Positions 54,026 through 64,000 of a stretch of 64,000 nt of DNA are shown in pieces (position 1 is the first letter of the stretch; the number at the start of each line of letters is the position of its first letter). The position numbers were made by a program, and so were the translations under genes. The DNA comes from an uncultured Chloroflexia bacterium. Its GTDB lineage: Bacteria > Chloroflexota > Limnocylindria > Limnocylindrales > CSP1-4. The stretch is from positions 2,144,001-2,208,000 of the forward strand of contig CAWHDR010000001.1 of NCBI GenBank assembly GCA_963828165.1, read 5' to 3'. Below the pieces are notes generated by a model, which worked only from the letters and a program-made list of their open reading frames with translations, was not told the DNA's origin and did not search any database.

Positions 54026-54629
54026 GGCTCCCCTTCGCCGCGACCGGAACGGCCGCACCCTCGAGATCTGCGCGCAGCCGGCGGTACGACGCGTCCAGCA
54101 GCTGGGCCACGTCCGGCCAGTAGGACGAACCCTCGCCGCCCGCGCCATCCGGGTCGTCGGCGGCCCCCCGGTCCCGGATCTCGGCCGCCAGCCCGCGCAG
54201 TCGTGCCGCCTCGCCGATTTGTCCCTGCGGTAGCTCGTAGACCGCGGCATACAGGTCGGCGATCGCCGCGCCAGCGGCCTCGCCCGCCGTGACACCGATC
54301 TCGCGGCGGACGACCCACCAGCGCAGCTCGCGCCGGCCGACCTCGTCCGCGTCCACGGACGCCGGCAGCCCGAGGAGTCGATAGGCTCGACCGATGTCCG
54401 GCCCGAATCGTTCGTAGTCGCCGCCGGCCCTGGCGAAACCGGCCGCCGCCCTTGTCAGGTGCAGGCTGGCACGGAGCGCGCGCAGCCACGAGACGCGGGC
54501 CTGTTCACGGAGCGCCAGCACCAGCAGGGCGAAGAGGCGGACCGGCTGGCGTCGGTAGTACGCCTTCCACATCCGCGTCTCCAGCGACGCAACGCGGGCT
54601 GGCTCGAAGTCCGCGCCCCACCGTCCCAT
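53997..54629 (-). CDS. Conserved-looking hypothetical helical protein
   Basis: GGAGG RBS; LETRMWKAYY and RELRWWVVRR motifs; overlaps the bioY 3' end. Confidence 0.65.
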   Translation of the reverse strand: MGRWGADFEPARVASLETRMWKAYYRRQPVRLFALLVLALREQARVSWLRALRASLHLTRAAAGFARAGGDYERFGPDIGRAYRLLGLPASVDADEVGRRELRWWVVRREIGVTAGEAAGAAIADLYAAVYELPQGQIGEAARLRGLAAEIRDRGAADDPDGAGGEGSSYWPDVAQLLDASYRRLRADLEGAAVPVAAKGSLSDRPAGGR

Positions 54630-54665
54630 CAGCGTCCTCCGTGGTTCCCGGGATATCGTGCCCGC

Positions 54666-55485
54666 ATGGATACGCACACCGAGGCGATCGGGATGTTCGG
54701 GCCGGGATCGGAGGCGTGGCAGCTCGACCGCGAGGCGATGCTGATCCTGGGCGTGGGGCCCCGGGCGTTGCTGCTCCAGCTCGCGGACCCGGCCGTGGCC
54801 GCCGGTGTCGACGAGCACTCAGACTTCCGGGAGGATCCCTGGCGCCGCCTGGACGGCACGCTCCGCAGCTACGAGCGGATCATCTATGGCTCGCTGTCCG
54901 CCGCGCGGGGAGAGATCCGGCGATTGAACGCGCTGCACCGGGGGATCCGTGGGACCGGCTACTCCGCGCGGGATCCCGTCCTGTCGCTGTGGGTCCATGC
55001 CACGCTCATCGACTCGACGATCGTCGGCAACGACGCCTGGCTGGGGCCGTTGTCGCGCGAGCGGGCCGCGCGCTTCTATGACGAGACCCTGCCGATCGCC
55101 CGGGCCTTCGGGGTGACCGACCGGCTGCTGCCGCCGACCCTCGACGCGTTCGATGCGTACATGGCCGAACGGCTCTCCCCGGGTGGCGGGGTCAACGTCA
55201 CGGACACGGCGCGAGAGCTCGCGAGGACGATCCTGCAACCCACCTCTCCCCGGGCTGCTGGCACGCCTGCCGCTCGATCCGCGCGCCTACGGCTGGACGC
55301 TGTGGCCGGCCATCGGCCTGTTGCCGCCGGCCGTCCGCGAGGGGTACGGGCTGCGCTGGGGGTGGCGCGAACGCCTCGTGGCGGACTGGCTCGTGGCGGG
55401 CTGGCGGGCCTGGAACCCGCTGCTACCGGCCGCGTTCCGACAGATGCCGCAGGCACTCGCCGCGGACCGCCGCGTCGGTCAGTAG
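54666..55485 (+). CDS. MpaB/DUF2236 oxygenase-family protein; frameshift near 55245
   Basis: FGPGSEAW, RALLLQLADPAVAAGVDEHS, LWVHATL; C-terminus GLLPPAVREGYGL in another frame. Confidence 0.85.
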
Positions 55486-56891
55486 TACTTGGGGAATCGC
55501 GGCCCGAACAGCTTCGAGAGATCGACCGAGGTCGAGTTGTCGAGCGTTCGAAGCAACGTGCTCGTCCCGGTCAGTCCGAAGCGATTCGCCACGACGTACT
55601 TGCGCAGCGCCGACCAGAACGCCGTCGAGCCCATCCGCCGGCGCGCCTCGTTGAGCAGGTTGCCGCCCTGGATGTAGACGATCTCGTAGTAGCACGCGCT
55701 CGAGTAGCTGTAGATCGACCGGTCGAGCAGCCCGGTCGAGCAGCGCGAGCCGCGTCGTGTCCGGGTGATCTCGCGGGCGAGGAAGTCCGCCGTAGCCTCG
55801 TCCGCGAACGGCTGGCGCGCCTGGTCGTTGCCCACGAGGCTGTAGAACCACTGGTGGGCCGTCTCGTGCGACACGAGGTAGCGCAGGTTCGCGCTGCCAT
55901 GGCCGTACGGGATCCAGATCAGGCCCGGTGACTCCATCCCGTATCCGCCGGCCGATTGGGCGACCTTGAACGTGGTGTACGGGTACGGACCCACGCGCGC
56001 CTGGTAGGCGCGGATGGCGTCAGCAGCCGCGTCGAGGATGGTCGCGGCGTTCGACCCCGATCGGTAGAAGTAGCGAACCTGGACCTTGCCCACATAGGTC
56101 GTCCTGGTGCGGAAGTCAGGGGCGGCCGTGATCGTCACGTCGCGCACGTTGCGGGCCTCGAATGTCTGCGTGAGGCCGTTCGCGGACACGGACATCCGGT
56201 TGGCGTTCACGGCGAACCGGAGCTTGCGGTCCGTCACGATCCGGAGCTGCACGAGCGGGCTGACCGGCGTGACGAACGGGTCACCATGGTTCGGTCGGCT
56301 GAACGGGGTCTCGCGGCTGACCCACGGGATCCAGCGGTAGGCATCGACGATGCCGTTGACCCTCGTGAACAGCCAGTTCGAGCCGCTCAAGCTCGACCGC
56401 AGCGTGGCGTGGTACTTGACGCGGACCTTGACCGTCGCCCCGGCAGCCAGGATGCCACCCAGGGGCACGATGATCGTCTGGTCCTTGACCCGGCGAGCGA
56501 CGTCGACCCCGTCCACCTGGACGTAGCGCAGCGTCATCCCGCCGAGGCGGGCGGCGATCGTGTTGAGCTCGACCCGGTCGATCGAGACGCCCGAGGTGTT
56601 CGTGATGGTCGCCGTCGAGTCGACCGAAAACGCCCGCGACCCGTACCGCAGCGCGAGCGTGACGGCGTACGTGGCGGTCAGGTTGACGCTCGTGCGGTTG
56701 ACGGTCCCGGGGGTGATCGCGCTCGCGCCAACGACCGTCGTCGGGCGCGAGGCGACCGAGTGCGGCGCGGCCTCAGGGTCTCCCGCGAGGGCGGGGCGCG
56801 CCGAGCCCGGGACCAGCGTGAACAGGCTCGCGACGATCAGGGCCGCAAGCGTGATGGGCAGGCGGCGTGGACCTCGAAGACGCTCGGACAT
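55479..56891 (-). CDS. Secreted M1-family aminopeptidase-like metallopeptidase
   Basis: Signal peptide; GYGMESPG, HETAHQWFYSLVGND...DEA, VYIQG. Confidence 0.85.
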   Translation of the reverse strand: MSERLRGPRRLPITLAALIVASLFTLVPGSARPALAGDPEAAPHSVASRPTTVVGASAITPGTVNRTSVNLTATYAVTLALRYGSRAFSVDSTATITNTSGVSIDRVELNTIAARLGGMTLRYVQVDGVDVARRVKDQTIIVPLGGILAAGATVKVRVKYHATLRSSLSGSNWLFTRVNGIVDAYRWIPWVSRETPFSRPNHGDPFVTPVSPLVQLRIVTDRKLRFAVNANRMSVSANGLTQTFEARNVRDVTITAAPDFRTRTTYVGKVQVRYFYRSGSNAATILDAAADAIRAYQARVGPYPYTTFKVAQSAGGYGMESPGLIWIPYGHGSANLRYLVSHETAHQWFYSLVGNDQARQPFADEATADFLAREITRTRRGSRCSTGLLDRSIYSYSSACYYEIVYIQGGNLLNEARRRMGSTAFWSALRKYVVANRFGLTGTSTLLRTLDNSTSVDLSKLFGPRFPKYY

Positions 56892-56958
56892 CTGTGACCA
56901 TCCTACCCGCGCCCGTCCAATCGGCCCCGGGCCGATGGTCCCGCCTACACTCAGCGGC

Positions 56959-58353
56959 ATGGCCACGGGCACCGTCACCGAACCGTTCCTCGACGCCGTT
57001 CGAGCCCGCGTGCCCGGCCTGCACGTCCTGACCGACGCCACCGATCGCGAGACCTACCGGCGCGACGAGACCGAATACCTGCCGACCGGGTTGCCGGGCG
57101 CCGTCGCGCTTCCGACGACGACCGCCGAGGTCGCCGAGCTCGTGAAGGTCTGTGCCGACCACGACGTCCCGATCGTGCCGCGTGGCGCGGGCTCCGGGCT
57201 GAGTGGTGGTGCCGCCGGGCTGGAGGGCGCGCTGACGATCGCCTTCACGGCGATGGACCGGATCCTCGAGGTCGATGTCGAAAACCTGTGCGTCGTCACC
57301 CAACCCGGGGTCATCAACGCGACGCTCAAGGCCGCGGTCGCGGAGCACGGGCTGTTCTACGCGCCCGATCCGGCGAGCTTCGAGATGTGCTCGATCGGCG
57401 GCAACCTTGGGACGAACGCCGGCGGCCTGTGCTGCGTCAAATACGGCCAGACGCGCGACGCGGTGCTGTCGCTCGAGGTCGTGATGGCCGATGGCGCGGT
57501 CATCCGGACCGGCGGCAAGAACATCAAGGATGTGGCGGGGTACTCGCTGACGCACCTGATCGTCGGGTCACAGGGCACGCTCGCGCTGATCACCGAGGCC
57601 ACCCTCCGGCTTCGACCCGCGCCCGCCCCGCGTGCGACGCTCCTGGCGTTCTTCCCCACCCTCGAGTCGGCCGGTGACGGGGTGGCGGCGATCGCGGCGG
57701 CCGGGCTCTCCCCGGTCACCCTGGAGCTGATGGATCGGTTCACGATCCGCGCGGTCGACGATATGCACAGCCTGGGCCTGGATCGCGACGCCGCGGCCAT
57801 GCTGATGATCGAGTCCGACCTGCCGGGCGCGGCCGCCGACGACGAGCTGTCCCGCGGCGAGGCGGCGTGTGCGGCCGCGGGCGCGACGACCACGGTCCGC
57901 TCGCGCGACGTCGCCGAGGCCGACCTGCTGCGCCAGGCGCGCCGGGCCGCCCACTGGGCCCTTGAGAAGCTCGGCGACGTGAAGATGGAGGACGTCGGGG
58001 TCCCACGGTCCAAGGTTCCGGACATGCTCCGCGAGGTCGAGCGGATCGCCGCCAAGCACGACGTCCGCATCGGCACGTTCGGGCATGCCGGCGACGGCAA
58101 CCTGCATCCCGACCTCGTACTGGAGCGCGGCGACCCGAACGGCGCTGCGATCACGAAGGCCGTCCAGGCGGATCTGTACCAGGCCGCCATCGACCTCGGT
58201 GGCACGGTGACCGGGGAGCACGGCATCGGCTCCGCCCGCGTCGAGTGGTTGGAGGCGCAGCGTGGCCCAGACGCGGTTCGAGTGATGCGGGCGATCAAGG
58301 CGGCGCTCGACCCGCAGGGTCTGCTGAACCCGGGGCGAGTCCTCGGGCTGTAA
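56959..58353 (+). CDS. FAD-linked oxidase (GlcD/D-lactate dehydrogenase-like)
   Basis: PRGAGSGLSGG, PDPAS, SIGGN, GSQGTL, GHAGDGNLH, GEHGIG, LNPG. Confidence 0.92.
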   Translation: MATGTVTEPFLDAVRARVPGLHVLTDATDRETYRRDETEYLPTGLPGAVALPTTTAEVAELVKVCADHDVPIVPRGAGSGLSGGAAGLEGALTIAFTAMDRILEVDVENLCVVTQPGVINATLKAAVAEHGLFYAPDPASFEMCSIGGNLGTNAGGLCCVKYGQTRDAVLSLEVVMADGAVIRTGGKNIKDVAGYSLTHLIVGSQGTLALITEATLRLRPAPAPRATLLAFFPTLESAGDGVAAIAAAGLSPVTLELMDRFTIRAVDDMHSLGLDRDAAAMLMIESDLPGAAADDELSRGEAACAAAGATTTVRSRDVAEADLLRQARRAAHWALEKLGDVKMEDVGVPRSKVPDMLREVERIAAKHDVRIGTFGHAGDGNLHPDLVLERGDPNGAAITKAVQADLYQAAIDLGGTVTGEHGIGSARVEWLEAQRGPDAVRVMRAIKAALDPQGLLNPGRVLGL

Positions 58354-58467
58354 CTCCTGGCCGGGCGCTCATCCGCTCGACGTTGGTTCGGGGAGCGCGC
58401 AGACCATGGAAGGCCGCCCCTGCGAATAAGGCCGCCCATCGCCCATGCGATAAAGCCGCCCCCTGCG

Positions 58468-58629
58468 ATTCACCAGAGGTGAATGGCAGCAAGGGCAGGC
58501 GCCGTGGGCGGGCGAAGGCGGCCACGACTCCGCGTCCATAAGCCTGGCTCTTCACCAGTGGTGAACGCTGATGCTCGGATCGTTCGAAAACGGCTCGTCA
58601 CCGCGCAAACGTTCAGTGCCGGTGAATCC
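58468..58629. repeat. Intergenic palindromic element, family 2, copy B
   Basis: ATTCACCAGAGGTGAAT (58468-58484), TTCACCAGTGGTGAACGCTGA (58551-58571), CGCAAACGTTCAGTGCCGGTGAATCC (58604-58629); preceded by degenerate GCCGCCCCTGCGA repeats (58410-58468). Confidence 0.7.
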
Positions 58630-58680
58630 GTCCGCCTATGCCGCCGTGGTGGCGCCGCGACCCCATTCACTTGCCTGGGT

Positions 58681-58705
58681 CATCCGCCGCGGCAAGCGGT
58701 GCGTA
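58681..58705 (+). promoter_or_regulatory. Putative SigK-like ECF sigma promoter
   Basis: CATCC-N16-CGTA upstream of the DUF4331 gene. Confidence 0.45.
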
Positions 58706-58813
58706 TGACCAGCGAGCCCGGCGGAGGTCGCGAACGACGTCGAGGCGGACTGATCGGCCGGGCGCCGTGGAGGAGCCCGCCCACATCCGACGTCAAAGGA
58801 GATCCGACCAACC

Positions 58814-59974
58814 ATGTTTCCCCGCAAGCTCGCCATGCTCGGGACGGCCCTCGTCGTCCTGACGATCGGCGCGGCACCCTTCCTCACCAGCGCCGCCGAC
58901 CATCTCGACGCCCCCGCCCTCGGCGGGGCCACGGCCAATGGCCAGATCGCTCCGCACTCGGAACACGGCGACCGCGACATCAACGATGTCTACGTCTTCC
59001 CGGCACCCGATGGCGGCAATCGCACCGTTCTCGCGATGACCGTCAATCCGGCCATCAACCTGTTCGGTGGCAATTTCGGAACGAACGTGCGCTACGCGTT
59101 CAACATCGACCGGGACGGCGACAACCTCCCGGACACCGCGTACGTCACCACCTTCGGGAGCGAAGACGGTGCCGGCAACCAGAAGTTCAAGATCACCAAG
59201 TACACGGGCAGCCGCGCTCGCAGCCTGACCGGTGGGAGCCCCGTCGTCCATGGCTTCACCAACGGCAAGGGCAAGGTTCGCGCCACGGATGGCCTGTGGG
59301 CATGGAGCGGCGTCCGTTCCGACCCGTTCTTCTTCGATCTCACGGGTTTCATCGGGACCACGACGCTGCTGACGACCGGGACCGCAGTCGGCGGTGACGG
59401 CCTGGGCAACAACCCGACCGACTTCTTCGCCAACCTCAACACCAACGCGATCGTGCTGTCGATCCCGAACGGCCAGCTCCCGAACGCCATCGGCGTCTGG
59501 GCGACGACCTCCTGGTACGACGGAACGACGTGGCGCAAGGCCGACCAGATGGGTCGTCCGGCGATCAACACCGTGTTCAACCCGGCGGCCGACAAGGACC
59601 TGTTCAACCGGACGCCGCCATCCCAGCAGCGGACCGCGTCCGGTGGCAAGTTCCGGACCAACGTCATCAACGGTCTCCAGTTCTTCTCGAGCCTCGACAC
59701 GGAAGGCGCGTATTCGAACGCGCAGGCCGGAGCGCTCGCCGACGTGCTGATCCCGGATGTCCTGGTCTACAGCCGCACGAGCACGCTGCCCGCGCCGCTC
59801 AACGGCCGTGCGCTCGCCGATGACGTCATCGATGTCGAGCTCAACGTCACCACCGGTGGCGACCCGCTCGGCCTCTTCGCCGATCGCAACGCGACCGGGG
59901 CCGTGCCGAGCGACGGAGTCGGCCCGCACACCGACTACCTCGGCAGTTTCCCGTACCTCGGCCTGCCGCACTAG
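58814..59974 (+). CDS. DUF4331 family secreted protein
   Basis: Signal peptide then ADHLDAP, DINDVYVF, RSDPFFFDL, MGRPAINT, NGRALADDVID, FPYLG. Confidence 0.9.
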   Translation: MFPRKLAMLGTALVVLTIGAAPFLTSAADHLDAPALGGATANGQIAPHSEHGDRDINDVYVFPAPDGGNRTVLAMTVNPAINLFGGNFGTNVRYAFNIDRDGDNLPDTAYVTTFGSEDGAGNQKFKITKYTGSRARSLTGGSPVVHGFTNGKGKVRATDGLWAWSGVRSDPFFFDLTGFIGTTTLLTTGTAVGGDGLGNNPTDFFANLNTNAIVLSIPNGQLPNAIGVWATTSWYDGTTWRKADQMGRPAINTVFNPAADKDLFNRTPPSQQRTASGGKFRTNVINGLQFFSSLDTEGAYSNAQAGALADVLIPDVLVYSRTSTLPAPLNGRALADDVIDVELNVTTGGDPLGLFADRNATGAVPSDGVGPHTDYLGSFPYLGLPH

Positions 59975-59987
59975 GCGCTGGTCGATC

Positions 59988-60015
59988 GGAGGGCGGCCCA
60001 TCCGGGTCGCCCTCC
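59988..60015 (+). terminator. Stem-loop between the DUF4331 and TPR genes
   Basis: GGAGGGCGGCCC-ATCC-GGGTCGCCCTCC. Confidence 0.55.
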
Positions 60016-60038
60016 CGCAAAACCTGGGGACGTACGAC

Positions 60039-61427
60039 ATGACCGCTACGCGAGCCACCCGACCGTTCCGCCGCCCGCGACTGACGGGGTTCGTCGCCGC
60101 GGCGATCCTGATCGTCGTCGCCTCGTACGCGGTCTCGGCCGTCACCGGACCGCGCCGCTCGGAAGCTCCGGCCGAGCACGGCAGCACCGGGACCACTCCG
60201 ATCACGCCACGCGGCGAGGCTTCGATCCCCGGTGCCGGCGGGAGCGACCCCGCGGCGGGTTCGATCGAGCGCATCGATCGGTCCATCGGAGCGTGGTCGA
60301 AGAATCTCGCGGCGAATCCGCTCGACTTCATCAGCGCGACGAACCTCGCCACGCTCTTTCACGGCCGCGGCCGACTCAGCTACGACCTGGGCGACCATCA
60401 GCGGGCCCTGGCTGCTGCGCGGACCGCGATCGAGATCGAGCCGACCCATGTGCCCGCTCGGGCGCTCGAAGCCACGATCCTGTTCACGCTCCACGACTTC
60501 GATGCGGCCTTCGTGGCTGCCGACGCCCTGGTTCGCGTGGACCCCGCCAACACGAGCGCGCTGGCCACGCGGTTCGACGCCGAGGTCGAGCTCGGCCGCA
60601 TCGACGACGCGCGGGCCGACCTCGAGCGGCTGACCGGCGTTGGTGGGCCGGGCGTAACGATCCGTGACGCTCGCCTCAGCTCGGTCACCGGGGACCCGGC
60701 GGGTGCGCTGTCACAGGCCCGGGCGGCCCGAGCCGAGGCGCTTGCCGACGGACCCACGGACGCGGCGTTCTACGCGTTCGCGGTGGGGGAGTACGCACGC
60801 CTGGCTGGCAACGCTGCCCTGGCGCGGACCGCGTTCGAGGACGCGCTGGCGGCGCGTCCCGAGGATCCCGCCGCGCTGCTTGGCCTCGCCCGCATCGACG
60901 CCTTCGAAGGTCGTTCGGATGCCGCCATCGCGGGCCTCCGTCGGGCGACCGAGGTCGCACCCCAGCCGGAGGCGCTCGCCGTGCTTGGCGACCTGCTCAC
61001 GGCCGCCGGCGATCCGGCCGCAACGAGGTCGTTCGAGACCGTCCGCTTCATCGAGCAGCTCGGCGACATCGGGGCCACGACCTACGATCGCCAGCTCCTC
61101 CGCTTCGAGCTCGATCACGGCGGCGCGACGGCGACGGTCCTGGAACGCGCCCGAGCGTCGGTTGCCGAGCGGCCGGACTGGACGGGACACGACACGGTCG
61201 CGTGGAGCCTCTACCGCCTCGGCCGCTTCGAAGAGGCGGCCGCCGAGATCGCGGCCGCCCGATCGCTCGGCGCCGACGACGCGCGGCTGCGCTTCCACGA
61301 AGGGGCGATCCTCATGGCGCTGGGCGCGGTCGCCGAAGGGGAGCTGCTGCTGACGTCGGCCCTCGATCTCGGCCCAGCACTCGATCCCGTCGAACGGGCG
61401 GAAGCAAAGGCTCTTCTGGAGTCTTGA
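60039..61427 (+). CDS. Membrane-anchored TPR-repeat protein (DUF4331-associated)
   Basis: N-terminal TM segment, repeated TPR helices, DTVAWSLYRLG, LRFHEG. Confidence 0.85.
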   Translation: MTATRATRPFRRPRLTGFVAAAILIVVASYAVSAVTGPRRSEAPAEHGSTGTTPITPRGEASIPGAGGSDPAAGSIERIDRSIGAWSKNLAANPLDFISATNLATLFHGRGRLSYDLGDHQRALAAARTAIEIEPTHVPARALEATILFTLHDFDAAFVAADALVRVDPANTSALATRFDAEVELGRIDDARADLERLTGVGGPGVTIRDARLSSVTGDPAGALSQARAARAEALADGPTDAAFYAFAVGEYARLAGNAALARTAFEDALAARPEDPAALLGLARIDAFEGRSDAAIAGLRRATEVAPQPEALAVLGDLLTAAGDPAATRSFETVRFIEQLGDIGATTYDRQLLRFELDHGGATATVLERARASVAERPDWTGHDTVAWSLYRLGRFEEAAAEIAAARSLGADDARLRFHEGAILMALGAVAEGELLLTSALDLGPALDPVERAEAKALLES

Positions 61428-61489
61428 GCAAGCGGACCGGCGTCAGGCGGTCGCCGGCTCATGCATGGGTCCAGCTGGCGCCGACGAAC

Positions 61490-61559
61490 TTGACGGGCAC
61501 GGATCGTCCATCGATGATGGCACTCACATGCATGCACATCTGTTCAGAACATCTGTGCA
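61490..61559 (+). promoter_or_regulatory. Promoter and palindromic operator for the SorC-family operon
   Basis: TTGACG-17 nt-GATGAT; dyad TGCACAtcTGTTCaGAACAtcTGTGCA at 61533-61559. Confidence 0.65.
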
Positions 61560-61586
61560 CGGGCCTACGCGTGGCGGCGCCACAAG

Positions 61587-62519
61587 GTGAGCGACTACAA
61601 CCAGCTCGTGCAGGCGAGCCGGCTCTACTACGAGCTCGGTGAGACGCAGAACGCCATCGCCGATCGGCTTGGAGTCACCCGACCACAGGTAAGCCGCCTC
61701 CTGAAGCGCGCCCGCGCCGAAGGCATCGTCGAGATCCGGATCGTGGACCAGGCCGCCGTCGAGTCGCCGGCCGCCGATGCCCTGCGCCGTCGTCACGGCC
61801 TGGACGCCGTCCATCTCGCCCCGACCGTGACCGGCCCCGAGGACCTTACCCGCCGCATGGTCGGCCGGCTCGCGGCCCAGCTGCTGCGATCGAGGATCCG
61901 CGACGGGGCGATCGTCGGGATCGGGGACGGGGCGTCGGTCGGCGCCGTTGCCGACGCGCTCGAGGACGCGGCCACACCCGTGAGCGCGACCATCGTGCCG
62001 TTGGCAGGCGGCTATTGGGCGCCCGGCCCCGAGCGCGAGCCATTCCGCCGTATCGCCGACGCCCTTGGTGCGCAGGCCCACGGCCTGATGGTGCCCGGAC
62101 TCGTCGACGACGCCACGACCAAGCACGCCCTCGAGGCGCACGCTGGCGTCCGAGCCGTCCTCGACCTGTGGGATCGGCTCGACGTCGCGCTCGTCGGGAT
62201 CGGGGGCCGGGCCTGGGGGGCCGCGTCCGTTGGCGACGAGGTGGCCTCGGAGCTGGAACGGGCCGATGCGGTCGGCGAGATCCTCATCGCCCCGTTCGAC
62301 ATCGATGGACAGTTCGTCTGCCCGGCGCTGCGCGAGCGGGTGCTGGCCTTCGACGCGCGGGCTCTCGGGCGCGTGCCGGTCGTGATCGGCGTCGGGGCCG
62401 GGGACAGCAAGGTCCGGCCGGTCCTGGGCGCCCTTCGGAGCGGCGCGATCCGGACGCTCGTCACGGACGTGGCCACCGCCGAGGCCGTCCTGGCCCTCGG
62501 AACCGAGACCGCGTCGTGA
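61587..62519 (+). CDS. SorC/DeoR-family sugar-binding transcriptional regulator
   Basis: ASRLYYELGETQNAIADRLGVTRPQVSRLLKRARAEGIV, ALVGIG, LVTD. Confidence 0.93.
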   Translation: MSDYNQLVQASRLYYELGETQNAIADRLGVTRPQVSRLLKRARAEGIVEIRIVDQAAVESPAADALRRRHGLDAVHLAPTVTGPEDLTRRMVGRLAAQLLRSRIRDGAIVGIGDGASVGAVADALEDAATPVSATIVPLAGGYWAPGPEREPFRRIADALGAQAHGLMVPGLVDDATTKHALEAHAGVRAVLDLWDRLDVALVGIGGRAWGAASVGDEVASELERADAVGEILIAPFDIDGQFVCPALRERVLAFDARALGRVPVVIGVGAGDSKVRPVLGALRSGAIRTLVTDVATAEAVLALGTETAS

Positions 62520-64000
62520 CGGACGGCCGCTCCACGCCCGCGATCCTCGGCCTCGATCTCGGGACGACCGAGGTGAAGGCGGGCCTCGTGACGCTCGAGG
62601 GGCGATTGCTGGCGATCGCCCGGGCGGGCTACGGACTCGACGTCGGGCACGTACCGGGGTGGGCGGAACAGGACCCGGGGGCGTGGTGGTCTGCCGTGGT
62701 CGGCGCCGTCCGCGCGCTGCATCCGACCGAGCCCGTCGATATCGTCTCGATCGGGGTGGATGGCCACGGGCCGACGCTGGCCGCGATCGACGGTCGCGGC
62801 GAGGCGACCCGTCCCGCGATCACCTTCCTCGACACGCGTGCTGGTGCCGAGGCCGCGGATCTCGCCGCCGCCACCGGCATCCACGGCTGGGCGCTGGGGC
62901 CGCTGCCCGCCGCCCTCTGGCTCGAGCGGCACGAGCCCGAGGTCGCCGCGCGGACACGCTGGTACCTGACTACCTGGGAATGGCTCGCGTTCCGCCTGAC
63001 CGGCGAAGCCGTCGCGCCCCTGGTTCCCGACCAGGCCGTCCCTGATCCAACGGTCGTCACGGAGGCGACCGGACTCCACATGGACCGCCGGCCGTCGAGC
63101 GGCTCGATGGGCAGCGTCGTCGGCACCCTTGCCGAGGCTGCCGCCGATGCGCTCGGACTGCGAGTCGGGATCCCGGTGGCCGGTGGGACGAACGACGCCT
63201 TCGCGAGCTACCTCGGGGCCGGGCTGCTGGAGCCGGGCGACGCCTACGACCCCGGTGGGTCCGCCGGCGGCTTCGGCGTGTACTGGCGCGAGCCCGTCGA
63301 GGTCGCCGGTGCGTTCGTCACGCCGGCCCCACTGGCCGGGCTGTACAGCGTGGGAGCGGCGATGGCGGCGACCGGCCGCGCCCTCGACTGGTTCCGCGAC
63401 GCGATCGTCGGCGGCGACGTGAGCACCGAGCGGCTGCTCGCCGAGGCGACGGCGACGCCCCCGGGTGCCGACGGCGCCGTGTTCCTCCCGTACCTGGCCG
63501 GCGAGCGCTCACCGATCTGGGACCCGACCGCCACCGGCATCTTCGCGGGCCTGACGCTGTCGCACGGTCGTGGTCACCTGGCGCGCGCGATCATCGAAGC
63601 GAGCGCGCTTGCGATCCGCCACGTCGCGACGCCGATGCTGGCGGCCGGCGTGACCGTCACCGCGATGCGTGCCTGCGGCGGCCCGGCTCGAAGCGACGGC
63701 TGGAACCAGGTGAAGGCCGACGTGACGGGCTTTCCCGTCCTCGTGCCGGACGTGCTGGAGACGGCCGTCCTGGGCTCGGCGATGCTCGGCGCGGTGGCGA
63801 TCGGCGCGAATGCCGACGTCCGCTCGGCGGTCGGCGCCATGACGCGGATCGACCATCGGATCGACCCACGGCCCGAATTCGTCGAGATCTACGACCGCCT
63901 GTTCACGGCGTACACCGCGTTGTATCCGGCGGTCGCGCCGGTGATGCGGCCGCTGATCCGGGGGGCCGCGCCCTCGGACGCCGGTGCCGCCCGGATGGAA
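62516..64000 (+). CDS. FGGY-family carbohydrate kinase (xylulokinase-like), runs off the window end
   Basis: GTG overlapping the upstream TGA; ILGLDLGTTEVKA, WAEQDPGAWW, GGTNDA, FLPYLAGERSP, GGPARS; no stop inside the window, so it is absent from the ORF track. Confidence 0.9.
   Translation, partial: MTDGRSTPAILGLDLGTTEVKAGLVTLEGRLLAIARAGYGLDVGHVPGWAEQDPGAWWSAVVGAVRALHPTEPVDIVSIGVDGHGPTLAAIDGRGEATRPAITFLDTRAGAEAADLAAATGIHGWALGPLPAALWLERHEPEVAARTRWYLTTWEWLAFRLTGEAVAPLVPDQAVPDPTVVTEATGLHMDRRPSSGSMGSVVGTLAEAAADALGLRVGIPVAGGTNDAFASYLGAGLLEPGDAYDPGGSAGGFGVYWREPVEVAGAFVTPAPLAGLYSVGAAMAATGRALDWFRDAIVGGDVSTERLLAEATATPPGADGAVFLPYLAGERSPIWDPTATGIFAGLTLSHGRGHLARAIIEASALAIRHVATPMLAAGVTVTAMRACGGPARSDGWNQVKADVTGFPVLVPDVLETAVLGSAMLGAVAIGANADVRSAVGAMTRIDHRIDPRPEFVEIYDRLFTAYTALYPAVAPVMRPLIRGAAPSDAGAARME

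Noticed and set aside
61534-61558. GCACATCTGTTC / GAACATCTGTGC as LexA boxes
   Set aside because: Each has a mismatch to GAAC-N4-GTTC, and together they form one dyad before a SorC-family gene, so an autoregulatory operator fits better.

Overview
High-GC bacterial chromosomal segment. Gene content and frequent leaderless genes suggest Chloroflexota or Actinomycetota; this is inference, since no phylogenetic marker lies in the window. It is mostly housekeeping and metabolic. It carries a ROK-regulated amino-sugar uptake and catabolism operon, a giant amylopullulanase, glgC, pgm, an MsiK-type ATPase, ccsA, adenosine deaminase, an M17 aminopeptidase, pncB, an HD-GYP/hybrid kinase/CheY-like operon, tRNA-His, bioY, DUF4331+TPR and a SorC/FGGY unit cut by the window end. 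Several genes are broken by single-base frameshifts clustered at about 7.4-10.9 kb and 25.4-28.3 kb, most likely long-read consensus errors. No transposase, integrase, prophage or CRISPR array was found. The least explained signals are non-coding. (i) A family of about 190-200 bp elements with asymmetric 38-bp inverted arms occurs directly upstream of an XRE-HTH/PD-(D/E)XK nuclease gene and again, inverted, 11 kb away. (ii) A second palindromic family (TTCAC..GTGAA) occurs at about 31.9 and 58.5 kb. (iii) Short tandem duplications sit next to these elements and across stop codons. Also notable are a MerR-type 19-bp-spacer promoter driving a DUF2652-SRPBCC gene, an NrdR/DnaA/LexA-like box cluster at the left edge, and a NUDIX-YcxB fusion with a probable CTG start.
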